Assembly: GCA_002269645.1 (NCBI GenBank)
Contig: NIVC01001514.1
Location: 136,253-200,252, forward strand
Source: Macrostomum lignano
Taxonomy: Eukaryota
DNA length: 64,000 nucleotides
Direction: 5' to 3'
The notes under the pieces were generated by a model that made no database searches, was not told where the DNA came from, and saw only the letters and a list, made by a program, of their open reading frames with translations. Shown here piece by piece: positions 12,201 to 25,809 of this stretch (its first letter is position 1; each line of letters starts with the position of its first letter). The translations under genes were made by a program, and so were the position numbers.

Positions 12201-15200
12201 GAGCGTTCGACCTCAGATTGGCCAACGAAATCCTGGCAGTTGCAGCTGCTGCAGAGCAGCGGGTTTGGCAGACTGCGGCGACGGAAGGAGATGGCAGTCT
12301 ATGACAGGGCCATCCGGCTGGCCAAGGCCGGCGACGAGATGGTGGGTCTCCGGGGTGGTGGCAGACACCGAGACTCACTGACACCGACACTGACATAGAC
12401 ACTGACACAGTTACTGACACTGACACAGTTACTGACACTGACACTGACACAGATACTGAGACACACTGACACAGATACTGAGACACACTGACACAGATAC
12501 TGAGACACACTGACACACAGACAAACTTACACTTACACAGACACAGACACTGAGACACACTGACAGACACTGAGACACACTGACAGACACTGAGACACAC
12601 TGACAGACACTGAGACACACTGACAGACACTGAGACACACTGACAGACACTGAGACACACTAATAGACACTCAGACACACTGACAGACACTGAGACACAC
12701 TGACACCGACACTGACATAGACACTGACACAGTTACTGACACTGACACTGACACAGATACTGAGACACACTGACACAGATACTGAGACACACTGACACAC
12801 ACTGAGACACACTGACAGACACTGAGACACACTGACAGACACTGAGACACACTAATAGACACTCAGACACTGACACGCAGTTACTGACACGGACAATGAC
12901 ACAGTTACTGACACTGACACAGATACTGAGACACACTGACACTTACACAGACACACTGACACTTACACAGACAAACTGACACAGTGTCAGACACAGACAC
13001 TGAGACACACACACTGAGACACACTAATAGACACTCAGACACTGAGACACACAGACACAGACACTGAGACACACTGACACAGACACTGAGACACACTGAC
13101 ACAGACACTGAGACACACTGACACAGACACTCAGACACTGAGACACATAGACACAGACACTGAGACACACAGACACAGACACTGAGACACACTGACACAG
13201 ACACTCAGACACTGAGACACATAGACACAGACACTGAGACACACAGACACAGACACTGAGACACACTGACACAGACACTGAGACACACTGACACAGACAC
13301 TCAGACACTGAGACACACAGACACAGACACTGAGACACACTGACACAGACACTCAGACACTGAGACACACAGACACAGACACTGAGACACACAGACACAG
13401 ACACTGAGACACACTGACACAGACACTCAGACACTGAGACACATAGACACAGACACTGAGACACACAGACACAGACACTGAGACACACTGACACAGACAC
13501 TCAGACACTGAGACACACAGACACAGACACTGAGACACACTGACACAGACACTCAGACACTGAGACACACAGACACAGACACTGAGACACACTGACACAG
13601 ACACTCAGACACTGAGACACACAGACACAGACACTGAGACACACTGACACAGACACTCAGACACTGAGACACACAGACACAGACACTGAGACACACAGAC
13701 ACAGACACTGAGACACACAGACACAGACACTGAGACACACTGACACAGACACTCAGACACTGAGACAGACACTGAGCAATCAATGGCTACCCAACACACT
13801 ACAGAATGGCCTCAGTTCATGATGCAGAGAAGACAGCAGGGCTTGCCGCCCCCCCCCACTGTGTTTGCCATCACTGCGCTTGGACCGCAGATTTGTTTTC
13901 AGGGCAGAGTAAGGAGACCCATCTGTGTAGGCAAATAGACCTTGGGAAAAGACAAAAGCTAATGAAGATTCGCAGCTAATCTGGTCATAAAAGTACAATT
14001 GTTAAAACCAAATAACCACTTGGCTGCTTCAGTTTAAGGCTTTGTTAACAAAATCGACAAATGGGAATCGCACACCACTCCATGAGAACCGCACATTACC
14101 CCACGAGAATCGCACACCACCCCATGAGAATCGCACCACCAAATGAGAATCGCACACCACCCCATGAGAATCGCACACCACCCCATGAGAATCGCACACC
14201 ACTCCATGAGAACCGCACATTACCCCACGAGAATCACACACCACCCCATGAGAATCGCACACCACCCCATGAGAATCGCACACCACCCCATGAGAATCGC
14301 ACACCACCCCATGAGAATCGCACATTACCCCATGAGAATCGCACACCACCCCATGAAAATCGCACACCACCCCATGAGAATCGCACACCACCCCATGAGA
14401 ATCGCACACCACCCCATGAAAATCGCACACCACCCCATGAGAATCGCACATTACCCCATGAGAATCGCACACCACCCCCATGAGAATCGCACACCACCCC
14501 ATGAGAATCGTACACCACCCCATGAAAATCGCACACCACCCCATGAAAATCGCACATTACCCCATGAGAATCGCACACCACTCCATGAAAATCGCACACC
14601 ACCCCATGAGAATCACACACCACCCCATGAGAATCGCACACCACCCCCATGAGAATCGCACACCACCCCCATGAGAATCGCACACCACCCCCATGAGAAT
14701 CGCACACCACCCCCATGAGAATCGCACACCACCCCATGAGAATCGCACACCACCCCATGAAAATCGCACACCACCCCATGAGAATCGCACATTACCCCAT
14801 GAGAATCGCACACCACCCCCATGAGAATCGCACACCACCCCCATGAGAATCGCACACCACCCCCATGAGAATCGCACACCACCCCCATGAGAATCGCACA
14901 CCACCCCATGAGAATCGCACACCACCCCATGAAAATCGCACACCACCCCATGAGAATCGCACACCACCCCCATGAGAATCGCACACCACCCCCATGAGAA
15001 TCGCACACCACCCCCATGAGAATCGCACACCACCCCCATGAGAATCGCACACCACCCCATGAGAATCGCACACCACCCCATTAAAATCGCACACCACCCC
15101 ATGAGAATCGCACATTACCCCATGAGAATCGCACACCACTCCATGAAAATCGCACATTACCCCACGAGAATCGCACACCACCCCATGAGAATCGCACACC

Positions 15201-16025
15201 AACCCATGAGAATCGCACATTACCCAATGAAAATCGCACACCACCCCATGAGAATCGCACATTACCCCATGAGAATCGCACACCACCCCATGAGAATCAC
15301 ACACCACCCCATGAGAATCGCACTACCCCATGAGAATAACACACCACCCCATGAGAATCGCACTACCCCATGAGAATCACACACCACCCCATGAGAATCG
15401 CACTACCCCATGAGAATCACACACCACCCCATGAAAATCGCACTACCCCATGAGAATCACACACCACCCCATGAAAATCGCACTACCCCATGAGAATGCA
15501 CACCACCCTATGAGAACCGCACTACCCCATGAGAATGCACACCACCCTATGAGAATCACACACTAGCCCATGAGAATCGCACACCACCCCGTGAGAATCG
15601 CCCTTCACTCAATCAGTTTCAACTGAATCGCTCCCTCTGCGCAGGGCGCCTACACTCTGCTGAGAAATGTGAGTCTTCTCGAACGCAACCTGCTGTCAAT
15701 CCAGCTCATTCGCCCCAACTTTGATCTTCACAAAGTCGCCGAAAAGGAGGTTCTCTCGCTGACCTCATTTCTCAGCCAGGTAGGCGGCCTGTTCTCAATA
15801 TTCATCGGGCTGACAATGATCTCGGTGGTAGAGCTGATTGACTTCTGCATTCACTGCTATGGTGTCTGCGCAATGCGGCGCGGTCGGCATCGAGACAGCG
15901 GCAACAACACGGCCCAGTCCGAGGCTTCGGGCACGGCGGCTGGCACGGATTTGGCCGGCACAGCTGATGAGAACCTGCTGGAGGAGTTGCCGAAACCGGT
16001 TTGGGAGAAGAACGACGGCGTCTGA
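9249..16025 (+). CDS. DEG/ENaC (amiloride-sensitive/ASIC-like) ion channel subunit; exons 9249-9643, 10018-10426, 11691-12341, 15645-16025; 611 aa
   Basis: Motifs: TTIRGLPRI (HG-motif position), TM1 [21 protein letters not shown], post-M1 [23 protein letters not shown], Cys-rich thumb ([16 protein letters not shown]), TM2 [30 protein letters not shown] junctions are phase-consistent (2,0,0); 1836 nt in total. Confidence 0.92.
9650..10015 (+). mobile_element. tRNA-derived SINE (divergent subfamily) filling ENaC intron 1
   Basis: tRNA-like head with perfect B box GGTTCGAATCC near 9703; body CCCCAAGGCACAG..TGTACATGCCTGACGA..GTCAGGGCTGCTGTACA and 3' part TGTCGC..TGCGCCAGG match the copies at 20160, 40080 and 48400; flanks AGGTTCGT / AGGTCCGT. 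Confidence 0.75.
12362..13775. repeat. Complex GACACT/ACAC satellite in ENaC intron 3
   Basis: Tandem 6/12/18-nt units. Confidence 0.93.
14062..15600. repeat. 21-22-nt minisatellite CCCCATGAGAATCGCACACCA in ENaC intron 3
   Basis: Tandem copies. Confidence 0.95.
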
Positions 16026-16109
16026 CTCTGCTGTTATCAGTTTAAATGGCTAAAAGCAGCACAGAAGCTGATTTTTTGTTTGAACAATTTTTTTATATGT
16101 CTTGAAGAT

Positions 16110-19100
16110 TCAGTGGGTGACGAGGGCGGAGAGGCAGATCCAGTGAGTGAGGTGGGGGCGGAGAGGCAGATCCAGTGAGTGAGGGAGGGGCGGAGAGGCA
16201 GATCCAGTGAGTGAGGGGGGCGGAGAGGCAGATCCAGTGAGTGAGGTGGGGGCGGAGAGGCAGATCCAGTGAGTGAGGTGGGGGCGGAGAGGCAGATCCA
16301 GTGAGTGAGGTGGGGGCGGAGAGGCAGATCCAGTGAGTGAGGGAGGGGCGGAGAGGCAGATCCAGTGAGTGACGAGGGCGGAGAGGCAGATCCAGTGAGT
16401 GAGGGAGGGGCGGAGAGGCAGATCCAGTCAGTGACGAAGGCGGAGAGGCAGATCCAGTGAGTGATGGAGGGGCGGAGAGGCAGATCCAGTGAGTGACGAG
16501 GGCGGAGAGGCAGATCCAGTGAGTGAGGTGGGGGCGGAGAGGCAGATCCAGTGAGTGACGAGGGCGGAGAGGCAGATCCAGTGAGTGAGGGAGGGGCGGA
16601 GAGGCAGATCCAGTGAGTGAGGTGGGGCGGAGAGGCAGATCCAGTGAGTGAGGTGGGGGCGGAGAGGCAGATCCAGTGAGTGAGGTGGGGGCGGAGAGGC
16701 AGATCCAGTGAGTGAGGGAGGGGCGGAGAGGCAGATCCAGTGAGTGAGGGGGCGGAGAGGCAGATCCAATGAGTGAGGTGGGGGCGGAGAGGCAGATCCA
16801 GTGAGTGAGGTGGGGGCGGAGAGGCAGATCCAGTGAGTGAGGTGGGGCGGAGAGGCAGATCCAGTGAGTGAGGGAGGGGCGGAGAGGCAGATCCAGTGAG
16901 TGACGAGGGCGGAGAGGCAGATCCAGTGAGTGAGGGAGGGGCGGAGAGGCAGATCCAGTCAGTGACGAAGGCGGAGAGGCAGATCCAGTGAGTGATGGAG
17001 GGGCGGAGAGGCAGATCCAGTGAGTGACGAGGGCGGAGAGGCAGATCCAGTGAGTGAGGTGGGGGCGGAGAGGCAGATCCAGTGAGTGAGGTGGGGGCGG
17101 AGAGGCAGATCCAGTGAGTGAGGTGGGGGCGGAGAGGCAGATCCAGTGAGTGAGGTGGGGGCGGAGAGGCAGATCCAGTGAGTGAGGTGGGGGCGGAGAG
17201 GCAGATCCAGTGAGTGAGGGAGGGGCGGAGAGGCAGATCCAGTGAGTGAGGTGGGGGCGGAGAGGCAGATCCAGTGAGTGAGGTGGGGGCGGAGAGGCAG
17301 ATCCAGTGAGTGAGGGAGGGGCGGAGAGGCAGATCCAGTGAGTGAGGTGGGGGCGGAGAGGCAGATCCAGTGAGTGAGGGGGGCGGAGAGGCAGATCCAG
17401 TGAGTGAGGGGGGCGGAGAGGCAGATCCAGTGAGTGAGGGAGGGGCGGAGAGGCAGATCCAGTGAGTGAGGGGGGCGGAGAGGCAGATCCAGTGAGTGAG
17501 GTGGGGGCGGAGAGGCAGATCCAGTGAGTGAGGGAGGGGCGGAGAGGCAGATCCAGTGAGTGAGGTGGGGGCGGAGAGGCAGATCCAGTGAGTGAGGGGG
17601 GGGCGGAGAGGCAGATCCAGTGAGTGAGGGGGGCGGAGAGGCAGATCCAGTGAGTGAGGGGGGCGGAGAGGCAGATCCAGTGAGTGACGAGGGCGGAGAG
17701 GCAGATCCAGTGAGTGAGGGGGGGGCGGAGAGGCAGATCCAGTGAGTGAGGTGGGGGCGGAGAGGCAGATCCAGTGAGTGAGGGAGGGGCGGAGAGGCAG
17801 ATCCAGTGAGTGAGGTGGGGGCGGAGAGGCAGATCCAGTGAGTGAGGTGGGGGCGGAGAGGCAGATCCAGTGAGTGAGGGAGGGGCGGAGAGGCAGATCC
17901 AGTGAGTGAGGTGGGGGCGGAGAGGCAGATCCAGTGAGTGAGGTGGGGGCGGAGAGGCAGATCCAGTCAGTGACGAGGGCGGAGAGGCAGATCCAGTGAG
18001 TGAGGGAGGGGCGGAGAGGCAGATCCAGTGAGTGACGAGGGCGGAGAGGCAGATCCAGTAAGTGAGGGAGGGGCGGAGAGGCAGATCCAGTGAGTGAGGT
18101 GGGGACGGAGAGGCAGATCCAGTGAGTGAGGGGGGCGGAGAGGCAGATCCAGTGAGTGAGGGGGGCGGAGAGGCAGATCCAGTGAGTGAGGGAGGGGCGG
18201 AGAGGCAGATCCAGTGAGTGAGGGGGGCGGAGAGGCAGATCCAGTGAGTGAGGTGGGGGCGGAGAGGCAGATCCAGTGAGTGAGGTGGGGGCGGAGAGGC
18301 AGATCCAGTGAGTGAGGTGGGGGCGGAGAGGCAGATCCAGTGAGTGAGGGAGGGGCGGAGAGGCAGATCCAGTGAGTGACGAGGGCGGAGAGGCAGATCC
18401 AGTGAGTGAGGGAGGGGCGGAGAGGCAGATCCAGTGAGTGACGAGGGCGGAGAGGCAGATCCAGTGAGTGAGGGAGGGGCGGAGAGGCAGATCCAGTGAG
18501 TGACGAGGGCGGAGAGGCAGATCCAGTGAGTGAGGGAGGGGCGGAGAGGCAGATCCAGTGAGTGAGGTGGGGGCGGAGAGGCAGATCCAGTGAGTGAGGT
18601 GGGGGCGGAGAGGCAGATCCAGTGAGTGAGGTGGGGGCGGAGAGGCAGATCCAGTGAGTGAGGGAGGGGCGGAGAGGCAGATCCAGTGAGTGAGGTGGGG
18701 GCGGAGAGGCAGATCCAGTGAGTGAGGTGGGGGCGGAGAGGCAGATCCAGTGAGTGAGGTGGGGCGGAGAGGCAGATCCAGTGAGTGAGGGAGGGCGGAG
18801 AGGCAGATCCAGTGAGTGAGGGGGGCGGAGAGGCAGATCCAGTGAGTGAGGGGGGCGGAGAGGCAGATCCAGTGAGTGAGGGGGGCGGAGAGGCAGATCC
18901 AGTGAGTGAGGGGGGCGGAGAGGCAGATCCAGTGAGTGAGGGAGGGGCGGAGAGGCAGATCCAGTGAGTGAGGGGGGCGGAGAGGCAGATCCAGTGAGTG
19001 AGGTGGGGGCGGAGAGGCAGATCCAGTGAGTGAGGGAGGGGCGGAGAGGCAGATCCAGTGAGTGACGAGGGCGGAGAGGCAGATCCAGTGAGTGAGGGGG

Positions 19101-19668
19101 GGCGGAGAGGCAGATCCAGTGAGTGAGGGGGGCGGAGAGGCAGATCCAGTGAGTGAGGTGGGGGCGGAGAGGCAGATCCAGTGAGTGAGGGAGGGGCGGA
19201 GAGGCAGATCCAGTGAGTGAGGTGGGGGCGGAGAGGCAGATCCAGTGAGTGAGGGAGGGGCGGAGAGGCAGATCCAGTGAGTGAGGTGGGGGCGGAGAGG
19301 CAGATCCAGTGAGTGAGGTGGGGCGGAGAGGCAGATCCAGTGAGTGAGGTGGGGGCGGAGAGGCAGATCCAGTGAGTGAGGGAGGGGCGGAGAGGCAGAT
19401 CCAGTGAGTGAGGTGGGGGCGGAGAGGCAGATCCAGTGAGTGAGGGAGGGGCGGAGAGGCAGATCCAGTGAGTGAGGTGGGGGCGGAGAGGCAGATCCAG
19501 TGAGTGAGGGGGGGGCGGAGAGGCAGATCCAGTGAGTGAGGGGGGCGGAGAGGCAGATCCAGTGAGTGAGGTGGGGGCGGAGAGGCAGATCCAGTGAGTG
19601 AGGGAGGGGCGGAGAGGCAGATCCAGTGAGTGACGAGGGCGGAGAGGCAGATCCAGTGAGTGAGGCGG
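16110..19668. repeat. 31-33-nt G-rich satellite CAGTGAGTGAGGTGGGGGCGGAGAGGCAGATC, about 110 copies
   Basis: Tandem copies starting ~85 nt after the ENaC stop; source of the 1214-aa artefact ORF. Confidence 0.97.
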
Positions 19669-20159
19669 GAAATTCGTTCAATACATACGGATATATATAC
19701 TCTTGATTGATATTTAAATTACAATCCGTAGTTATAATAGTAGTTATAATTATTTAAGCTTCATAAATGCATCAAATTTGAGACGCGAATGTACAGCCTA
19801 ATTGTGCATGCGGTGAACCTGCGTTATGGTTATGGTTTTTAATCGTAGCGTCTTGCTTATTAATCGCCCAAGCCCTCCAATGAATGTCATGGGGTACGCG
19901 TATACAGATCGTGTGTAAAGTGTCTCAAGATTTAAGCAACTTCATTACTGTTTAATCTAATAATCTTGCAAATCGTTTTTTTTCAAAGCTTGCGTTGCGC
20001 GCTGGTATTGCGGTAATTTTATCAAAATTAAATATACAAGGGTTCTCAATGAGTTGTTTTTTTGTTTTTTCTAAATCCCTTACCACACACACAAAATCAC
20101 AGCCAATTCAGTCTAAATATCGTTTAATATAGTTTGTTTACACTCTCCTAAAATCTTAA

Positions 20160-20500
20160 GGGGCCGTAGCCTTGCGATGTAGAACGGCGCTCTGGTGTGC
20201 CAGCGGTCCAGGCTCGATTCCAAGTGCAGCCACATTAATTTGGGGCTAAATTGGAATCTTGGCTTGCCTCTGCTCGTGCAATTAACGGCCTTGAGGACTT
20301 AAGGCACAGTGAAGTGTACATGCCTATTTTTTATTACATAAATAAAGTTCGGGGTGCTGCATATGTACACTCCTGTGTGAGTGTGTGCCTGTGCGTAAGA
20401 CTGCGTACGTATTTGCGCGCTTGTGTGCCTGCTCAGGGGAGTCGGCGGACTGGGCCTCTCGTCGGTTGTGACAATGTCGCAAACTCATGAAATCTAGAAT
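20160..20500 (+). mobile_element. tRNA-derived SINE copy
   Basis: GGGCCGTAGC head, B-box-like GGCTCGATTCC; colinear with the 48400-48764 copy; 3' end approximate. Confidence 0.8.
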
Positions 20501-20564
20501 GTAACTAGCATTAGCATCCACTGCCGCCCCACAAAGAACAGGACAAAGAGCCGGGATGGAGGAC

Positions 20565-21565
20565 ACACAGCGACACACGGAGACACTGAGACAAACACTG
20601 AGACAGACACAGGGACAGACACTGAGACAGACACTGAGACAGACACTGGGACAGACACTGGGACAGACACTGGGACAGACACGAAGACAGAAACTGGGAC
20701 AGACACTGGGACAGACACGAAGACAGAAACTGGGACAGACACTGAGATAGACACTGGGACAGAAACCGGGAAAGACACTGGGACAGGAATGAAAACAGCT
20801 ACACTGAGACAGACACAGGGACAGACACGAAGACAGAAACTGGGACAGACACGAAGACAGAAACTGGGACAGACACGAAGACAGAAACTGGGACAGACCC
20901 TGAGATAGACACTGGGACAGACACCGGGAGACACTGGGGACAGGCATGAAAACAGACACTGAGACAGACACGAAGACAGAAACTGGGACAGACACTGAGA
21001 TAGACACTGGGACAGACACCGGGAAAGACACTGGGACAGGCATGAAAACAGACACTGAGACAGACACGAAGACAGAAACTGGGACAGACACTGAGACAGA
21101 CACAGGGACAGACACGAAGACAGAAACTGGGACAGACACTGAGACAGACACAGGGACAGACACGAAGACAGAAACTGGGACAGACACTGAGACAGACACA
21201 GGGACAGACACGAAGACAGAAACTGGGACAGACACGAAGACAGAAACTGGGACAGACCCTGAGATAGACACTGGGACAGACACCGGGAGACACTGGGGAC
21301 AGGCATGAAAACAGACACTAAGACAGACACAGGGACAGACACGAAGACAGAAACTGGGACAGACACTGAGACAGACACAGGGACAGACACGAAGACAGAA
21401 ACTGGGACAGACACTGAGACAGACACAGGGACAGACACGAAGACAGAAACTGGGACAGACACTGAGATAGACACTGGGACAGACACAGGGAAAGACACTG
21501 GGACAGGCATGAAAACAGACACTGAGACAGACACAGGGACAGACACAGAGACAGACACTGGGACT
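20565..21565. repeat. 12-nt-based satellite GACAGACACTGG / GACAGACACGAAGACAGAAACTGG with higher-order blocks
   Basis: Tandem copies. Confidence 0.92.
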
Positions 21566-21944
21566 CAGTAATGCTCAGGTGTAACTGCATCTGCATCAAT
21601 GAAAGTGCAATTAACCAGTGAGCGCAACCAGGTTTATTTAATCATTTTGCATACACACAGATATAAACCACTTCTTTCTTTGTTTTTTGCAGTTTGCCAA
21701 AAAAGGTTTGGACTGGGAACGGACCAGCTGATGACAGGTTGCTTACATTAATCTGCAGTCGCTATGGCAACAGCGCATCGGGGCTGTTAAATGAGATAAA
21801 CAAAGCGCATGCCCTAACGATTAACTGATGAATTAGATAGAAAGGGAAGCATATCGGCGCTTAAAACTTAACTAGAAGCATTATGCTGTTATATTATGCA
21901 TTATATTGGAATTTCAACAAAGTGCTTCTTTAGTCCCAAAGCCT

Positions 21945-22330
21945 GACATCCTAATTCCCTGACGTCCCCATTAGCTGAAATCCCAATTGCCCTAAAATTC
22001 AAATTATCCCTAAAATCCCAACTATCCCTGAAATCCCAATTATCTCTAAAATCCCAACTATCCCTGAAATCCCAATTATCTCTGAAATCCCAATTATCCT
22101 TGAAATGTTAATTTTTCCTGAAATCCCAATTCTTACTGAAATCCAAATTCTCCCAGAAATCCCAATTTTTCCTGAAATCCCAGTTATCCCCGAAGTCCTA
22201 ATTATCCCAGAAATCCCCATTTTTCTTGAAATCCAAATAATTCCTGAAATTCAAACTCCCTGAAATCCCAACTGACTGAAATTCCAACTTGCCTAAAATC
22301 TCAATTATCCTCGAAATTCAAATTCCTTGA
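21945..22330. repeat. Degenerate 18-nt minisatellite TCCTGAAATCCCAATTAT
   Basis: Periodic GAAATCCCAA motif. Confidence 0.8.
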
Positions 22331-22649
22331 AACCCAAACTGCGCTATGTGCATCAGCGCTACAGCCAGTGGCACAGTGTGAATACAATTGGCGCAGTGCG
22401 GTATGACTGCTATGCGATAAATTATGGTCAGTCAGCGCCAACCGGTTTCTCCACCACAACAGTCTGTTATCTTTTCCGCATCTTTGGATAATGGCAACAG
22501 AGTAAGCTGAGAGAGTGATAAATTAGCCTGCAGCGCTTGGGCAGTACCTATCCCAAAGGCTGTTTGTTACTCTGCGAAGGCTAATCGTACGCTTCTTACA
22601 GAAGACAAGAATGTAAGGTAGAAGCACAGATAATCAGACAAGGGCTTCG

Positions 22650-23030
22650 AAGGTTGCTAAGAGCGCTATTGAGGGCTTCTATGGATGTCAGAATGGTTGC
22701 TAGGGGTGCTATGGTTGTTAGAATCGTTTCTAGCGACGCTATCAACTTCCATGGTTGTCAGAATTGTTGCTAAGGACGCTATTGAGGGCTGCTATGGTTG
22801 TCAGAATGGTTGCTAGGGACGTTATCACCTTCCATGGTTGTCAGAATGGTTGCTAGGGACGCTATCGAGAGCTTTCATGGAGTCACAGAAAGTTGGGACT
22901 TCTACAGTAGCTAAAAAAGTCGCTAGTGTTCTATTGAGGACTTTTGCCGTTGTCCGGATCGTTGCTATGGACGCCATAGAGCGCTTCTAATATTAGCAAG
23001 AATGGTTGCTTAAGGCGCTATCAGAGCTTG
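22650..23030. repeat. Degenerate repeat GGTTGTCAGAATGGTTGCTAGGGACGCTAT
   Basis: Recurring motif with variable linkers. Confidence 0.7.
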
Positions 23031-23499
23031 AGCGCATCTAAAAGCATACAACAAAACACAGAGCAACTTTTATAATAGCCGCGATAACGTAAAAGCCCGT
23101 TTAACCCCCTGTCAATCTATTCATCCGTTTCTTTCTAGAACAACCCTATCCCGCACAAGAGCGCGAGGAAAAACTCTTCCCAGGAGAAATCTCCCAAAAC
23201 AGGCCAAATGTTTTCCAACCCCATCAGTCCTAGAAACTGTCCTCTACTTGCAAATGCTTTTTTTACCAAGGCCGACTCGAGCGCCAATTATTTGCGGCTG
23301 CAGAAGTCGCGGCAATGCAAAATACTGGCTGTCAAACAGAATTAAGAAATGCGGCACTTATAATCATTATTTTGCGGTGCTTCTGTTTGACATATGCTTT
23401 AAAATGCTAGCCATTCAGTGCGTTTAGCAATTACTCTGACAATCACCTACATGTACTTTTGCTAGATAATTGGGACACTGTCACAAGCAATCCATGCTA

Positions 23500-24021
23500 T
23501 CCCCTGTCACTCACTCACTCACTCACCCACCCACTCACTTGCCCACTCATTCACTCACTCACTCACACACTCACTTATTCACTCACTCACTCACACTCTC
23601 ACCCACTCACTCACTCACTCACTCACTCACTCACTCACTCACTCACTCACTCACTCACTCACTCACCCACCCACTCACTTGCCCACTCATTCACTCACTC
23701 ACTCACACACTCACTCATTCACTCACTCACTCACACTCTCACCCACTCACTCACTCACTCACTCACTCACTCACTCACTCACTCACTCACTCACTCACTC
23801 ACTCACTCACTCACTCACTCACTCACTTGCCCACTTATTCACTAACTCACTCACACACACTAAATCACACACTCACTTACACTCACTCACTCACTCACAC
23901 ACTCACTCACTCACTCACTCATTCACTCACTCACTCACTCACTCACTCACTCACTCACTCACTCACTCACTCACTCACTCACTCACTCACTCACTCACTC
24001 ACTCACTCACTCACTCACTCA
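23500..24021. repeat. (CACT)n microsatellite
   Basis: Seen directly. Confidence 0.97.
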
Positions 24022-24721
24022 CCGTGCAGGCAGTGCATCATAAAGAGAAGCAGGAAACTCACTGAAGCAGCAAGACAGAACCTGTGTAACCAGAAACGGT
24101 GAAAGACATTCCCAGACGCGATACAAAGCTGCACTAGGGGGAAATATTTCGTGTCTTGTAAAAAAGCACCAAGTCATGACATCTGGCGAGTCTATTTGAG
24201 CAGATCTGCATCGCTTATCTATTTACAACAGGCTGCAAGAAGAGAGTAGGGCAACTGCGTGCTAAGGCGGGGATGAGAACCTACACTAGAACTTCCTGTA
24301 GGCCTGAGAATTCATTTAGCCAGCATCACCCGTTAAAGAACAATTCCTTAGATTAACTCTGGACAATTTTGCTAGCGCCATAAACTGTTGGTTTCCGAAG
24401 ATAAACCAAACAGCTATATCTGTCAGGCACAATATGCTCCTGACTCTTGTCCAGTCCAGTCTTGACTTCTCAAATTCAATTCGACCGCCGCGCGGAAAAC
24501 CAAGAAAGAGTCTTTCGCAGCAAAGAAAAAAATCGAAAGAAGGAGAGAAGGTTTCGCATTAAATTTCCTGATCAGAAAGCCTGATACCCGAAAATTTTTC
24601 CACCAAATCGATGCTTTGCCAACTAGAATTGACAAATTAAAATGCTAATTGCTTATTTAAACGAAGCTTTGGTCTAAACTGTTTTATAAACAACTGGGTG
24701 TACTTTGCCGTATGCCATCTA

Positions 24722-25313
24722 TACTGTCCGTCAAAAGTTCCGGAACCCTTGCTACGATGTCTTCTAGCGGACATAATTTCAGTCCGTTTCAATTGTAACT
24801 TGATTCAAATGAAAGCTGCGGATCTCAGCTCCATGATGTGGTCAAGAAAAAGTTTATTCGAAGGAGCGCGTGTGAACAGGCCAGTGTTATGTACATAAAG
24901 GTTAGAGAAAAAAAGTGAGGAAAAGACAAACAAGCAATTGACTCTCCCATGAAAGCTGACTGCACAAGAATCCATAAGAGCCTGTTGATTTCAACACAAG
25001 TTTTGGCCATAGACTAATGTTAGCCAGGCTGAACACTGCGCGCAAACCGATTCCTTCCCATGTGTGTTTGCTCCATAGACTCAGCAACCATAGACAATTG
25101 CTTGTTTGTCTTTTCCTCACTTTTTTTCTCTAACCTTTATGTACATAACACTGGCCTGTTCACACGCGCTCCTTCTAATAAACTTTTTCTTGACCACATC
25201 ATGGAGCTGAGATCCGCAGCTTTCATTTGAATCAAGTTACAATTGAAACGGACTTAAATTATGTCCGCTAGAAGACATCGTAGCAAGGGTTCCGGAACTT
25301 TTGACGGACAGTA
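24722..25313. mobile_element. Non-autonomous Tc1/mariner-type MITE with 219-bp terminal inverted repeats
   Basis: 24722-24940 is the reverse complement of 25095-25313 with about 2 mismatches; TA on both sides; 154-bp non-coding spacer. Confidence 0.9.
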
Positions 25314-25809
25314 TAGTTTTGGATATTAGTGGAGAATAAGAGTGAGAAATCGGGAGTGGGAATCGGGAGAGGGGATGGGGAACCCCGTGGGGAATGGGGA
25401 GAGGGGAATGGGGAGTGGGGAATTGGCAGTAGGGAATGCGGGGAGGCGAATTATGAGAGGCGAATTAGGAGTGGGAAATGGGGAGTGGGGAATGGGGAGT
25501 GGGGAATGGGGAGTGGTGAATCAGAAGGTGGCTTCTCAATTATCAAGAATTAATTTCGCAACGACAAAAAAACAAAACAAGGCAACCTAAATTCACAATA
25601 ATTATGAATTAAAAATCCCGCATAATAATAATCATAATCATCAGCTCTATTGGTCCAAACAGGATGTCAGAAAAAATATTATTCAACGCCATGGCAACGC
25701 ACATGTACCTGACAGGTTCCAAATATAAGTAATATTGCAGTGCGAATTAAGCATCTTTAAATAAGTCGAATTTCTTCTTTTCAGCATTTTGCAGCAATGA
25801 AGACTGCAA

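Noticed and set aside
16037-19681. 1214-aa ORF, and the other long repetitive ORFs at 1400, 2244-3682, 4891, 20324-21558, 26632-28492, 40494, 46603, 52874-55138 and 59243
   Set aside because: They translate tandem repeats that happen to lack stops; open in several frames or strands with periodic peptides
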